Of a stretch of 64,000 nt of DNA, positions 1 to 9,296 are shown piece after piece. Under the pieces are notes generated by a model. It saw only the letters and a list, made by a program, of their open reading frames with translations. It had not been told where the DNA came from and ran no database searches. This stretch comes from Desulfobacteraceae bacterium (GTDB taxonomy: Bacteria; Desulfobacterota; Desulfobacteria; Desulfobacterales; ETH-SRB1), in contig JAUVHU010000005.1 in NCBI GenBank assembly GCA_030593145.1, forward strand, positions 1,502-65,501, in the 5' to 3' direction. Each line of letters begins with the position of its first letter. Within the stretch, counting starts at the first letter, position 1. The position numbers and the translations under genes are program-made.

Positions 1-1463
1 ATGAATGCGTCCACAACATTTTTGTCAAACTGAATATTGCGATTTTTCTGCAGTTCGCTTTTTACTTCATCTGTTTTTAACGCCTTTCGGTAAGGACGAT
101 CGGTTGTCATGGCATCGAAGGAGTCCGCTACGCTTAATATCCTTGAAAGAAAGGGGGTGTTTTCCCCAGAGAGCCCATCAGGATATCCTTTGCCATCCCA
201 CCTTTCATGATGGTGTCGGATGATTTTTCTTTCATCATCAAAAAGTGCGATCGACCGCAGTATGTTTTCACCAATTGCCGGGTGTTTTTTGATGATTTCA
301 TACTCTTCGTCAAGCAGACGACCGGGTTTTAGAAGGACATAATCGGGGATGGCAATTTTTCCTATGTCATGGAGCATGGAAGAAATTTTCAGCGATTCGA
401 TTTCATAGGCAGAGCAGTTCATGGCTCGGGCCGTATCAAGGGCAAGTTTTGTTACACGCCGCGAATGTCTATTGGTGTAATGGTCCCGCTCATGGATAGA
501 TAGAACCAGCGATTCAAAGGTGTCCATTATGCTAGTGAAGAAACTTTCGTATAGAAGCTTGTTTTCCAGATGAAGCGAGGCTCGTGCCGTGATGTTAAGC
601 ATGTATGAAAGATCTTTTTGTGTGAAATTACAGGCAGCATTTCTGCTCGTCACGGTAATGAGAGCAAAGACTTTATTTCTGATCATCAGTGGTGCGCAGA
701 CCAGATAGCGGTAGAGGCCATTTGGCTCTTTCGAGCTTAAGAGCCGGCCATCCCTTTTTCGTACCACCTCTTTGAAAAAATCTTTCAGACTTTCTACCAT
801 CGCATCATCCTCTTTGCTGATGAAACGTCCGTCTTTGGTTTGAAATGTTTTTCTGTAGAACTTGTCGTTTGCTTCATCAAAAAAAACCAGCAGGCATTTT
901 TCTCCGCCGGTTACATTGAGGGCAAGCATCATGATTTCTTCAAATATATCATCATTATCCTCACCCGTCTTTTCGATCCGTTCGCAAATCAAGTCGATTG
1001 TTGACAGTTTCTTGATTTTTTCGTTCAGCTTCCAGTTCATTCCTTCGATATTGAGGTTCTCTTTGGTCTGGATGGATTTTTCTTTGAGGTACAGGTCTAC
1101 CTTGAAGAGGAGCTTCTTTATTGTGAAGGGTTTTGTGAGAAAATCAAGAGCACCTTCCTTCATTGCGGAAATGGTGATATCGATTGTCGGGTAGCCTGTC
1201 ATGATGATGACGGGTGTAGAGGGGTTTAACTCTTTGATTTGGTTCAAAAGCTCCATGCCGCTCATGCCCGGCATTTGCAAATCGCTGATTACCAGATCGT
1301 AGGTTTCTTTTCGGAATGTTTCAAGCGCCTGAATTCCGTTTTCAACCTCCTTGGTGTTGAAATAATTCCCTTCCTTGAGAGCATCAGTAATGAATCTTCG
1401 CATAGCCAAATCATCATCTACGACAAGGATTGACTTTGCATTTTTGTAGTGTTGACCGCTCAT
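1..1463 (-). CDS. Response regulator with HD-GYP c-di-GMP phosphodiesterase output (REC, GAF-like middle region, HD-GYP). The 3' end runs off the left edge of the window.
   Basis: My own minus-strand translation from ATG 1463: MSGQHYKNAKSILVVDDDLAMRRF..DLVISDLQMPGMSGMEL (REC), then ..MLHDIGKIAIPD..HHERWDGKGYPDGL (HD-GYP). It is absent from the ORF track because there is no stop inside the window. Confidence 0.85.
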   Translation of the reverse strand, partial: MSGQHYKNAKSILVVDDDLAMRRFITDALKEGNYFNTKEVENGIQALETFRKETYDLVISDLQMPGMSGMELLNQIKELNPSTPVIIMTGYPTIDITISAMKEGALDFLTKPFTIKKLLFKVDLYLKEKSIQTKENLNIEGMNWKLNEKIKKLSTIDLICERIEKTGEDNDDIFEEIMMLALNVTGGEKCLLVFFDEANDKFYRKTFQTKDGRFISKEDDAMVESLKDFFKEVVRKRDGRLLSSKEPNGLYRYLVCAPLMIRNKVFALITVTSRNAACNFTQKDLSYMLNITARASLHLENKLLYESFFTSIMDTFESLVLSIHERDHYTNRHSRRVTKLALDTARAMNCSAYEIESLKISSMLHDIGKIAIPDYVLLKPGRLLDEEYEIIKKHPAIGENILRSIALFDDERKIIRHHHERWDGKGYPDGLSGENTPFLSRILSVADSFDAMTTDRPYRKALKTDEVKSELQKNRNIQFDKNVVDAF

Positions 1464-1471
1464 AAACCTGT

Positions 1472-1681
1472 TCACTTCGTTTCTTTATTTTGCAAGATGA
1501 TATCCAAAAGGTTGTATGAGATTTTGTCAAAAGCTTCTTTTTTGTTTTCTCCAGATGACAGAGTTACAATATCGGCCTTTTTGTTTAAGTTTTCCTGTTT
1601 ATGGTGTATCCGGTTTTCCATTTTGGTTTGCTTGTTGTAGACTTTAAGAACGCTTTCTACTTGATAAGTTGATATTGTCAT
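1472..1681 (-). CDS. Small hypothetical protein (69 aa), first gene behind a sigma28-type promoter and probably co-transcribed with the REC/HD-GYP gene.
   Basis: ORF track. An AGAGGTG Shine-Dalgarno lies about 5 nt before ATG 1681, and the gap to the next start (1463) is 8 nt. No protein family recognised. Confidence 0.5.
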   Translation of the reverse strand: MTISTYQVESVLKVYNKQTKMENRIHHKQENLNKKADIVTLSSGENKKEAFDKISYNLLDIILQNKETK

Positions 1682-1735
1682 GGCGCACCTCTAATGTTAC
1701 AAGATTTTTCTTAAGGTCTCCTACCCTTACTAATT

Positions 1736-1762
1736 AAATCGGCAAAAAGATTTGAAACTTTA
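1736..1762 (-). promoter_or_regulatory. Sigma28 (FliA)-type promoter.
   Basis: The minus strand reads TAAAGTTT-caaatcttttt-GCCGATTT, i.e. TAAA-N15-GCCGATTT against the consensus TAAA-N15-GCCGATAA. It lies about 55 nt upstream of ATG 1681. Confidence 0.65.
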
Positions 1763-1800
1763 GACAATTTTTAGTTAAGACAATCAAAAGATCCGGTTTT

Positions 1801-1998
1801 TTGCAGACGCAGACACTGCAAAATAACATAATACAGCTTTTTACGAGTTTGTCAAGGATGATGATTTCGTAAAAAGTCATTTGTACGTCACTTCCGCAAA
1901 AGCGGGAGTCTATAACTGATTGAATTTACTGAATTATCGCTTTCGCTGGAATGACAAAAAGGGTAGAAATCCGGCTTTTTACGAAGCCATCAAAGATG
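1801..1998. repeat. Cluster of TTCGTAAAAAG-type repeat units (family G). It includes an inverted copy of the 35-nt core found at 8048-8085.
   Basis: The reverse complement of 1808-1846 is TCGTAAAAAGCTGTATTATGTTATTTTGC, versus 8048 TCGTAAAAAGCTATATTATGTTGTTTTGC. There are also ATGATTTCGTAAAAAGTC (1861) and GGCTTTTTACGAAGCCATC (1973). Confidence 0.8.
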
Positions 1999-2002
1999 CT
2001 TG

Positions 2003-2018
2003 TGGCATATTAATTGCT
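2003..2018 (+). promoter_or_regulatory. Sigma54 (-24/-12) promoter.
   Basis: TGGCAT-ATTAA-TTGCT has exact consensus spacing (TGGCAC-N5-TTGCW). It lies about 125 nt upstream of ORF start 2145. Confidence 0.65.
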
Positions 2019-2144
2019 TTTGTATATATTCATTTGAAAAATATTTTTTACTGGAATCATCCCGCGACAAATTGCAGGGAATTCGACCCTGTTGTTTCCA
2101 ACTTCAGAATGACACTCTGTAAACTTTTTATGAGACTGTAAACA

Positions 2145-4862
2145 ATGGCTTTTTTTAAATCAGAGATGTTGCATGGTAAATTTCTTATGCTTCGAGACCT
2201 TTACAAAACGCTCCTTTTTAGCGCTATCCTCGAAATATTCAATATATTCCTCCGGTTAATCTGCCTGAGGCGGACACCTTTCATGTCTGCGTGCAACGCA
2301 CAGGCAGGCTTAAACTTGAGTCCCGCTTTTAGCGGGAAACATTTTTCAAAGGTCTCCCTTCTTATTTTAACCGCATGGCTTATTTTGTTGCCTGTTTCAG
2401 GAAGTTCCGCCGTAGAAGCTGAATATTACAGTGTTCATGTGGCTTCGTATAAAAACTTTAATGATGCCGCAGCGCTGAGCAATAGCCTGAAAACTCAGGG
2501 TTATGATTCTTTCTGCAAAACAGTGAATATTCCGAAGAAAGGGAAATGGCGTCGTGTGTTTATAGGAAGGTATAAGAACAGAGGCAAGGCATTGAAGGCT
2601 GGGAGAAAGTTGGTAAAAAAAAGGGTGATTAAGAATTTTATAATATTAAAAACCAAACCTGAAAATAAAAGAGCCGTGCCGCGCGGGAACGGAGAGGATG
2701 GGGAAATCTCCATTATTTCGGTTTTGGCAAAAAAGAAAATGGATTTGCTAAACAGAGAAGAGGCTGGGCAACCAAAAGAGGATGGTTCTTTGGAAGCTGT
2801 TAAAGAGGGAATGGATTCGCCAAGCACAGAAGAGGTTACGTTATCCCATAAAGAGGTTGTGCCACCCCATAAAGAGGTTGTGCCACCCCATGCAGATATA
2901 GAACTGAAGGTGGACGTGAAACCGTATGACAGCGCCATGAACGATTTTATGTCTGGAAAATACGAAGACGCTTTAAGCAAATTCAAAGAGATAGTTGAAA
3001 CTGAAAAGAATGAAACCGTGATGAGGCGCATAGCTGATTGTTACTACTTTTTAGGGAAAAAGGGGGATAAACGGCATGTCTCAGAAGCTATTGATCAATA
3101 TAGGAATATCATCCGAAACTATCCAGGTCTAAACAAGGAAAATGCGCAGGCCATTTACAGGATTGCCGAAAGTTACAGCCGTTTAAATTTTCATTACGAA
3201 GCGTTAATGGAATTTAAAAATCTCTGTTCAAAATATCCTGAATCAGACTACATGCCGGAATCTTTATACATGACAGGCAAAATGTATTACAAAACAAATA
3301 AATTTGGCGAAGCCATTAAGAAGTTTAAAGAATACATAAAAAGATTTCCAGACGGCAAACGTGTCAGAGACGCATATTTTGGCGTGGGGGATTGCTATTC
3401 TCAGATGCGCCAATTTAATGACGCTGATGTCTGGTATGATAATGCTTTGAAAAAGTGGCCTGCCATGGAAGATATTCCGGAAAATACTCTTTTGAAGTTG
3501 GGCTCGCATTACTTTCAAACCGGAAAATATGACAGAGCTCTGGACTTTTTTTTTGTTTGTCTGAACCTGTTTCCAGACGGCAAACATTGCAGCGATACTC
3601 TTTATAAGGTTGCCCGTTCCTTTGAGGCAATGGGACAATTGCGCAGTGCCCTTAAGGCGCTGAGTTTGGTGGTTGAACGGTATCCTGGCAGCGTGGAAGC
3701 TCAAAATAGCGCGCTCATTATGGCGAATATCGGGGTTAAAGATCCGAAAATAAAATTGCCGCTATATATTCTTCCAGGAATGGATTATTATGTAGATCCG
3801 ATCGAGACATACGAAAAAATGGCGGGAAAATTTTCTGATCTTGATATGGAGCAAGAGTTAATATTTCGTAAAGGAGATGCCCTGATAAAAGGAAGAAAGT
3901 ATCGGGAAGCGTTTGATAATTATTCTTTACTGGTGGATAGATTTCCTTATGGAACGTATAAAAAAGCAGGCGAGAAAAAACTTGTATTAAGCACAGGCCG
4001 CCTGGTTGACGATTACTATTCAAAGGAAGACTATATCGCTGTTTCGGATGTGTATTTTAATTCCGACAAAGCGGTTCTGCTTAAGAACGGCGATTTTGAT
4101 ATGTTGCTTAAAATTGGGAAGAGTTTGAAGGAAATGGGTTTGTTAGACCATGCGGCCGGATTCTTAGGGGAAATGATTGGTGTATTTGGAAAGGATAAAA
4201 GGGTAAGCAGGCTTTTGCTTGACATGGCGGAAATTGATTATGACAGGGGTTATTATGAAGATGCGAAAAAGAGATTAAATGAGCTGCATGGAAATCGGTT
4301 GGGAAAGGATAAAAGCACAGCGATTATTGCCACGAAGCTGCTTGGAGATATTTCTTACAAAGAGGGGCTTTTAAAAGAGGCTGCCGGCTTTTACTCGAAA
4401 GTTTTGGGTCCCGAATCAGAAATTGAAGATAGTGCGGCTGTTCGTGAAAAGTATGCTGATTCACTGAGAGAGATGGGCCTGTATTCATCTGCCATGATAA
4501 ATTATAAGAGGGTTCTGAAAAATTGCGACAGCGGTGCACAAAAATGTTTTGCACCTGTGATTATGGATTCTTACGAGGGTTTGGGAGATTGTTTGTATAA
4601 TAAAGGGAAGTATCAGCAGGCGATTCCGATGTATGAACGGTCTTTGGAGAGCGCTTCCGAAGGTGAACAAAACATGTGGACACTATTCAATATAGGGCGG
4701 GGATACGCAAATCTTGGTAATAAGTCTATGGCTGATAAATCCTTCAATTCATTAAAAGGAAAAGAAGGCGATGGATTTTGGTCGAGAATGGTGGATTATT
4801 ACGTGGCAGATAAAGACTGGACTGATAAATATGGGGCATATATTGAGGGATTGAGGAACTGA
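2145..4862 (+). CDS. SPOR-domain plus TPR-repeat protein (probably membrane-anchored or periplasmic).
   Basis: 905-aa ORF. A hydrophobic anchor (LLILTAWLILLPVSG) is followed by a SPOR-like segment (YSVHVASYKNFNDAAALSNSLKTQGYDSF..RRVFIGRYKNRGKALKAG) and then many TPR-like repeats. The 5' end overlaps repeat motifs, so the true start is uncertain. Confidence 0.75.
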   Translation: MAFFKSEMLHGKFLMLRDLYKTLLFSAILEIFNIFLRLICLRRTPFMSACNAQAGLNLSPAFSGKHFSKVSLLILTAWLILLPVSGSSAVEAEYYSVHVASYKNFNDAAALSNSLKTQGYDSFCKTVNIPKKGKWRRVFIGRYKNRGKALKAGRKLVKKRVIKNFIILKTKPENKRAVPRGNGEDGEISIISVLAKKKMDLLNREEAGQPKEDGSLEAVKEGMDSPSTEEVTLSHKEVVPPHKEVVPPHADIELKVDVKPYDSAMNDFMSGKYEDALSKFKEIVETEKNETVMRRIADCYYFLGKKGDKRHVSEAIDQYRNIIRNYPGLNKENAQAIYRIAESYSRLNFHYEALMEFKNLCSKYPESDYMPESLYMTGKMYYKTNKFGEAIKKFKEYIKRFPDGKRVRDAYFGVGDCYSQMRQFNDADVWYDNALKKWPAMEDIPENTLLKLGSHYFQTGKYDRALDFFFVCLNLFPDGKHCSDTLYKVARSFEAMGQLRSALKALSLVVERYPGSVEAQNSALIMANIGVKDPKIKLPLYILPGMDYYVDPIETYEKMAGKFSDLDMEQELIFRKGDALIKGRKYREAFDNYSLLVDRFPYGTYKKAGEKKLVLSTGRLVDDYYSKEDYIAVSDVYFNSDKAVLLKNGDFDMLLKIGKSLKEMGLLDHAAGFLGEMIGVFGKDKRVSRLLLDMAEIDYDRGYYEDAKKRLNELHGNRLGKDKSTAIIATKLLGDISYKEGLLKEAAGFYSKVLGPESEIEDSAAVREKYADSLREMGLYSSAMINYKRVLKNCDSGAQKCFAPVIMDSYEGLGDCLYNKGKYQQAIPMYERSLESASEGEQNMWTLFNIGRGYANLGNKSMADKSFNSLKGKEGDGFWSRMVDYYVADKDWTDKYGAYIEGLRN
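2847..2888 (+). repeat. In-frame 21-nt tandem duplication (HKEVVPP x2) inside the SPOR/TPR gene.
   Basis: CATAAAGAGGTTGTGCCACCC is repeated twice back to back. Confidence 0.9.
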
Positions 4863-5024
4863 AAAAAATGAACATTGAACACCCGCCGTGCTCGCGCACT
4901 GTCGCGGCAGGTCGAACGTTCAACATCGAATTTTGAATAAGGAATTTTGCCAATTTATAAACTGGCAGAGCGAAGCGATTTCATTATTCGACGTTCGATG
5001 TTCGATGTTGGACGTTTATCTTTT
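4862..5024 (+). repeat. Family A long-stem intergenic element, copy A1, with a nested GC-rich insertion at about 4880-4912.
   Basis: AAAAAAATGAACATTGAAC..TCGAACGTTCAACATCGAAT .. GAGCGAAGCGATTTCATTATTCGACGTTCGATGTTCGATGTTGGACGTTTATCTTTT. The arms are complementary. The upstream gene's TGA stop lies in the element's leading CTGAAAAAAATG. Confidence 0.85.
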
Positions 5025-5035
5025 AAAAGGAGCTT

Positions 5036-6382
5036 GTGAATAATTTGGAGAAGGCAACGAAGTGCGGGCCTGACCTGTCTGCGTGCGACGCACAGGCAGA
5101 GAAAAACCCATTCTTACAACAATCGTTTGAGAGTTTTGATCGGGCAACCATGAGGCTGCAAAAGGCTTTTGCCGATCTGGAAGAGAAATTTGAGGCCATA
5201 AACAAGGAGTTGGATTCCAAAAATATTGAATTGCAAAAAGCTCTGGCAGAGAAAGAAAAGATAAGCAGTTATCTTCAGAATATCATCGAGAGCCTTACGA
5301 CCGGTGTGATCGTGGCGGATCTGGAAGGAAAAACTACGATGATGAATCGGTTTGCCGAGGCGTTTACCGGGTTTTTGAGAGAGGATGCCGTGGGGGTAAA
5401 TGCAAATTTACTGTTTGAAAATAGATTCCCATCTGATCAGGAAGGGCACTTTGACCTCAAACATTTTGATGGCGGTGTGGGAGAAAAAATAAGATTGAAA
5501 GGAAGGAAATTAGAAATTTTTGCTTCTGCCGTCAAAACAGAGAATGATAAAGAAATAGGAATGGTTATTGTTCTTCGCGATATTACAAGACTTGAGAAAC
5601 TGGAAGAAAGGGTGAAGAGGACGGAAAAACTTGCTGCAATGGGTGAAACAGCGGCGAGTATTGCTCACGAAATAAGAAACCCCCTGGGGAGCATAGGGCT
5701 TTTAGCTTCTTTATTGATAAAGGAGCTGAAAGAGAAAAAGAACCGTGATAGAGCATCTCATATCATAAGCGCTGTAAATGATATGGACAATAAAATATCC
5801 AATCTGCTTATGTTTGCAAGAGATCAAAAGCCGTTGATGAAGGAAGTCAGCATCCATAATCTGCTTAAAGAAATTATAATTTTTTCCGAACAGATTCTCG
5901 GGAAAGAGAATATCATTCTTACTGTAAACTATGAAGATGTTGATCCTGTAATTGTCGGCAATGCCGAGATGTTAAAACAAGTATTTTTGAATCTTATGCT
6001 GAATGCCATGCAGGCGATGCCTGGTGGAGGAAATCTTTATATTAAAACGCGGATTTCCGGTGGCAATGATGAAAAAAAGAACTCTCTCAATCCAAACGTA
6101 GAAATCAGTTTTATGGACACAGGTAGCGGAATACCTGATGAAAACATAAAAAAGATATTTGATCCCTTTTTTACAGCAAAAGAGAAAGGCACGGGTCTTG
6201 GTCTTGCTATTGTTCACAATATTGTTGATATTCACGGTGGTTCGATAGATGTAGAGAACAACAAAGGTGGCGGGGCTGTTTTTAATATTACATTTTCTGT
6301 AACAGGGATCAGTGGCCGGGGGGCAGAACCCCGACTTTCGATTATGGAGAGCTATGAAAACAAAAACGATCTTAGTTGTTGA
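5036..6382 (+). CDS. Sensor histidine kinase (PAS-like, HisKA, HATPase), FlrB/FleS/NtrB-like partner of the downstream sigma54 activator.
   Basis: H-box AASIAHEIRNPLGSI; ATPase boxes LNLMLNAMQAM, DTGSGIP, GTGLGLAIV. The GTG start has AAGGAG only 3 nt upstream, so the start is uncertain. The 5' end contains a GC-rich repeat motif (5069-5101). Confidence 0.85.
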   Translation: MNNLEKATKCGPDLSACDAQAEKNPFLQQSFESFDRATMRLQKAFADLEEKFEAINKELDSKNIELQKALAEKEKISSYLQNIIESLTTGVIVADLEGKTTMMNRFAEAFTGFLREDAVGVNANLLFENRFPSDQEGHFDLKHFDGGVGEKIRLKGRKLEIFASAVKTENDKEIGMVIVLRDITRLEKLEERVKRTEKLAAMGETAASIAHEIRNPLGSIGLLASLLIKELKEKKNRDRASHIISAVNDMDNKISNLLMFARDQKPLMKEVSIHNLLKEIIIFSEQILGKENIILTVNYEDVDPVIVGNAEMLKQVFLNLMLNAMQAMPGGGNLYIKTRISGGNDEKKNSLNPNVEISFMDTGSGIPDENIKKIFDPFFTAKEKGTGLGLAIVHNIVDIHGGSIDVENNKGGGAVFNITFSVTGISGRGAEPRLSIMESYENKNDLSC

Positions 6383-7742
6383 CGATGAGCCTTCAATGAG
6401 GATCGCTCTTTCCGAATCTCTGGAGAGTTGCGGATATAAAGTCGAAGTATCAGAAAGTGGTGCTGATGCTCTTGAAAAATTTCAGGAGGATAAATTTGAA
6501 GTGGTTATAACCGACATGAGGATGCCAGGGATGAGTGGCATGGATGTCTTGCGAGGCGTTAAAAAGGTTTCTTCCAAAACTCCTGTTGTCGTTATAACGG
6601 CTTACGGTACGGTCAATACCGCAGTTGAAGCTATGAAAGAAGGGGCCGCGGATTTCCTTATGAAGCCGTTTTCAATAGATCATCTGGAATTGCTTGTTAA
6701 AAAAGTGGTAGCTGAAAAAGAAGGAAAGGAAGAGTGTGAATCAAAACATAAGGTAAAGAAATGCTTGTTCAGGGAAAAAACGATTATTACAGAGAACAAA
6801 AAAATGCTTGCCCTTCTAGAGTTGCTGAAGAGTGTGTCGAGAAGCAAATCAAGCATTTTGATACAAGGAGAAAGTGGTACTGGGAAGGAACTGGTTGCCC
6901 GGTATATACACCTTCACAGCGGCAGGGCAGATATGCCGTTTGTGGCGGTAAATTGCGCGGCTATTCCTCACAATCTTCTTGAGAGCGAAATGTTCGGACA
7001 TGAAAAGGGCGCATTTACTGGTGCGTCCAGAATGAGGCTTGGTAAATTCGAATTAGCCAATGGCGGAACATTGCTGCTGGATGAAATCAGCGAAATGGAT
7101 GTTCAGCTTCAGGCGAAACTCCTTCGAGTTATACAGGAATCTGAAGTCGACAGGCTGGGAGGCAAGGCATCTATTCCTATAGATGTTAGAATAATTGCCA
7201 CAACAAATGCAGATTTAAAGAAATATATTGATGATAAAAAGTTTCGGAAAGATCTCTATTATCGTTTGAATGTTATACCTGTGAACATTCCTCCTCTGAG
7301 GGAAAGAAAGGGGGACGTGCTGTTACTCTGCGGACATTTTATGGAAAAGTACAGTCGGCTCGGTGGGACAGCTATGCCAGTGTTGTCGAAGGAAGTTGAG
7401 CAACTGCTTGAAAGTTATAACTGGTCGGGCAATGTAAGGGAGCTGGAAAATGTGATTGAGAGGGCGGTACTGCTGTCCGGGGGGGGGACGATCCTGCCTG
7501 AACATCTCTATCTGGAGAGTGAAGGCGAGAGGCACAGACAACCGGCGGAAGCATCGTTAAAATCGGTCGTCTCGGAAGATGCTACGTTAAAGGAGATGGA
7601 AAAAAGACTTATATTTAAAACTCTGGAGAAGGCGGAAGGAAACAAAACCAGGGCGTCAGAAATTTTAGGCATAAGTGTGCGGACTATCCGGAATAAACTT
7701 AATGAATATAAGAAGGATGTGCAAGCGCTTGATGCGGGCTAA
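6354..7742 (+). CDS. Sigma54-dependent response regulator (REC, AAA+, Fis-type HTH), FlrC/FleR/NtrC-like.
   Basis: [23 protein letters not shown] (REC); GESGTGKE and GAFTGA (sigma54 interaction); C-terminal [17 protein letters not shown] (HTH). The internal ATG 6354 with a GGAGA SD is preferred over the ORF-track start 6312. Confidence 0.9.
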   Translation: MKTKTILVVDDEPSMRIALSESLESCGYKVEVSESGADALEKFQEDKFEVVITDMRMPGMSGMDVLRGVKKVSSKTPVVVITAYGTVNTAVEAMKEGAADFLMKPFSIDHLELLVKKVVAEKEGKEECESKHKVKKCLFREKTIITENKKMLALLELLKSVSRSKSSILIQGESGTGKELVARYIHLHSGRADMPFVAVNCAAIPHNLLESEMFGHEKGAFTGASRMRLGKFELANGGTLLLDEISEMDVQLQAKLLRVIQESEVDRLGGKASIPIDVRIIATTNADLKKYIDDKKFRKDLYYRLNVIPVNIPPLRERKGDVLLLCGHFMEKYSRLGGTAMPVLSKEVEQLLESYNWSGNVRELENVIERAVLLSGGGTILPEHLYLESEGERHRQPAEASLKSVVSEDATLKEMEKRLIFKTLEKAEGNKTRASEILGISVRTIRNKLNEYKKDVQALDAG

Positions 7743-7945
7743 GGGACTGAAAAAAATGAACATCGAACATCGAACGTCCAACATCGAATGTTGAATAGGA
7801 AAAGCGGTATTGGGTGTTTGTTTTTTTATTCGATTTTAGAATAATTTGAGGAGCGGAGCGACATCATTATTCGACGTTCAATGTTCGATCCGCCGGAGGC
7901 GGACAAGTGCTTGCTCGCCTGTGGCGAGTTGGACGTTCATCTTTT
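7743..7945 (+). repeat. Family A element, copy A2, with a nested GC-rich insertion at about 7890-7928.
   Basis: GGGACTGAAAAAAATGAACATCGAACATCGAACGTCCAACATCGAATG .. AATAATTTGAGGAGCGGAGCGACATCATTATTCGACGTTCAATGTTCGAT[CCGCCGGAGGCGGACAAGTGCTTGCTCGCCTGTGGCGAG]TTGGACGTTCATCTTTT. It starts right after the TAA at 7740-7742. Confidence 0.9.
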
Positions 7946-7996
7946 AAGAGGTCAGGGGGGTCTTTCCCGTTGATCAGGGTTTGATGCCATGCGTTT

Positions 7997-8012
7997 TGGT
8001 ATAAGTATTGCA
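7997..8012 (+). promoter_or_regulatory. Sigma54 promoter of the flgB operon.
   Basis: TGGTAT-AAGTA-TTGCA with correct GG/GC spacing, about 135 nt upstream of the flgB ATG. A FlrBC-like pair is encoded just upstream. Confidence 0.6.
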
Positions 8013-8040
8013 TAAAATATAGTATTAATTAAACAGCATA

Positions 8041-8090
8041 AGATGAATTCGTAAAAAGCTATATTATGTTGTTTTGCGATACTGCAACCG
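8041..8090 (+). repeat. Family G element in the presumed flgB 5' UTR.
   Basis: GATGAATTCGTAAAAAGCTATATTATGTTGTTTTGCGATACTGCA. An inverted copy lies at 1801-1860, and the related palindrome lies at 28769-28826. Confidence 0.8.
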
Positions 8091-8145
8091 AAAACAACTT
8101 GTCAATCATATCAAAAGGTTATATTTTAATTAAAGGAATATTATT

Positions 8146-8487
8146 ATGGATGCGTTATTTGGTAAAACCATAGAAATGTTGTCTGCTGTTTTGGATTTTC
8201 GATCGGAAAGGCATAAGGTGATAGCCTCAAACATCGCAAATATAGATACTCCAAACTACAGGCCAAAGGATATTGTTTTCAAAGAAGAGCTGAAAGCCCT
8301 TATCAGCAATGAATATGGGGCAACGATTGGTAAAGTCGATTACGAGGTAATCGATTCAGGAGAAAAGGTAAACCTTGACAGTGAAATGGCAAAACTGGCG
8401 GAAAACAATCTTATGCATAATCTTACAGTAGAGCTGCTGGCAAGAAAGTTCAGGGGTTTGAATACTGTTTTGAGGGAGGCAAAATAA
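8146..8487 (+). CDS. flgB: Flagellar basal-body rod protein FlgB.
   Basis: 113 aa. The N-terminal rod motif is SNIANIDTPNYRPKD. It is the first gene of the canonical flgB-flgC-fliE order. Confidence 0.9.
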   Translation: MDALFGKTIEMLSAVLDFRSERHKVIASNIANIDTPNYRPKDIVFKEELKALISNEYGATIGKVDYEVIDSGEKVNLDSEMAKLAENNLMHNLTVELLARKFRGLNTVLREAK

Positions 8488-8488
8488 T

Positions 8489-8899
8489 ATGGAATTCATG
8501 TCATCTTTTCGGGTTTGCGCTTCGGGGCTTGCAGCCCAGAGGGCAAAAATGGACGTTATTGTATCGAATCTTGCTAACATTAATACAACGCGTACGCCTG
8601 AGGGTGGGCCGTACAAAAGAAAAGTCATTATTTTTTCTTCTGAGCCGATAGGTAGTTTTAATGATATTTTGCGAATGGTAAAGGTAGAAGGCATTACGGA
8701 AGAGAAAGAGAGCATAAGGAAGGTTTTTGATCCGAATCATCCCGATGCAGACTCAAAAGGCATTGTGGCTATGCCTGACATAAATACGGTTGCTGAAATG
8801 GCAGATATGATTACTGCGAACAGGGCGTATGAGGCTTGCGTTACCGCATTCGATACAACAAAAAATATGGCGCTTAAGGCGCTGGAACTTGGGAAATAA
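8489..8899 (+). CDS. flgC: Flagellar basal-body rod protein FlgC.
   Basis: 136 aa. Motifs are SNLANINTTRTPEGGPYKRK and a C-terminal MITANRAYEA. Confidence 0.95.
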   Translation: MEFMSSFRVCASGLAAQRAKMDVIVSNLANINTTRTPEGGPYKRKVIIFSSEPIGSFNDILRMVKVEGITEEKESIRKVFDPNHPDADSKGIVAMPDINTVAEMADMITANRAYEACVTAFDTTKNMALKALELGK

Positions 8900-8914
8900 A
8901 GGAGACGTTTAAAG

Positions 8915-9217
8915 ATGAACGATATGTTGATTAGGGGCGATTTGATACCCCCAATTTCAGATACTCCTGGAGAAAGCAGTAAAGTCGGGAAAAACGCGAG
9001 TTCTTTTAGCAATGTTTTGAAGGACAAAATCGGGGAAATCAACAAACTTCAATTAGATGCCGATGCTGCTATCGCAAAAGTGGAGCTCAGTGACTCAGGG
9101 AGTATTCATGAGGCAATGATTGCCATGGAAAAGGCAAGTATTTCCTTCAAGACAATGTTGCAGGTAAGGAACAAGATGTTAGAAGCCTATCAGGAAGTCA
9201 TGCGGATGCAGGTGTAG
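8915..9217 (+). CDS. fliE: Flagellar hook-basal body complex protein FliE.
   Basis: 100 aa. The C-terminal FKTMLQVRNKMLEAYQEVMRMQV is typical of FliE. Position after flgC fits, and there is an AAGGAG SD. Confidence 0.9.
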   Translation: MNDMLIRGDLIPPISDTPGESSKVGKNASSFSNVLKDKIGEINKLQLDADAAIAKVELSDSGSIHEAMIAMEKASISFKTMLQVRNKMLEAYQEVMRMQV

Positions 9218-9268
9218 AGGTCAGGGATCGAGAGATCAGAGGTCGGAGGTCAGAAGTCGGAGAATCAG
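9217..9268 (+). repeat. Family B G-rich word arm (GGTCAGRGG / GGAGGTCAGAAGTCGG), single arm.
   Basis: GAGGTCAGGGATCGAGAGATCAGAGGTCGGAGGTCAGAAGTCGGAGAATCAG lies directly after the fliE stop. No complementary arm is nearby. Confidence 0.85.
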
Positions 9269-9296
9269 CAACCAGCAAACCCCTTGAAAGGAATAT

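Noticed and set aside
5-1640. + strand ORFs at 5-223, 862-1194, 1239-1433 and 1449-1640.
   Set aside because: They are antisense to the minus-strand REC/HD-GYP gene, which I could translate continuously with clear REC and HD-GYP motifs, and to the small sigma28-driven ORF.
1920-2141. 73-aa + ORF upstream of the TPR gene.
   Set aside because: It spans family G repeat units and the sigma54 promoter at 2003-2018. It has no SD and no recognisable sequence.
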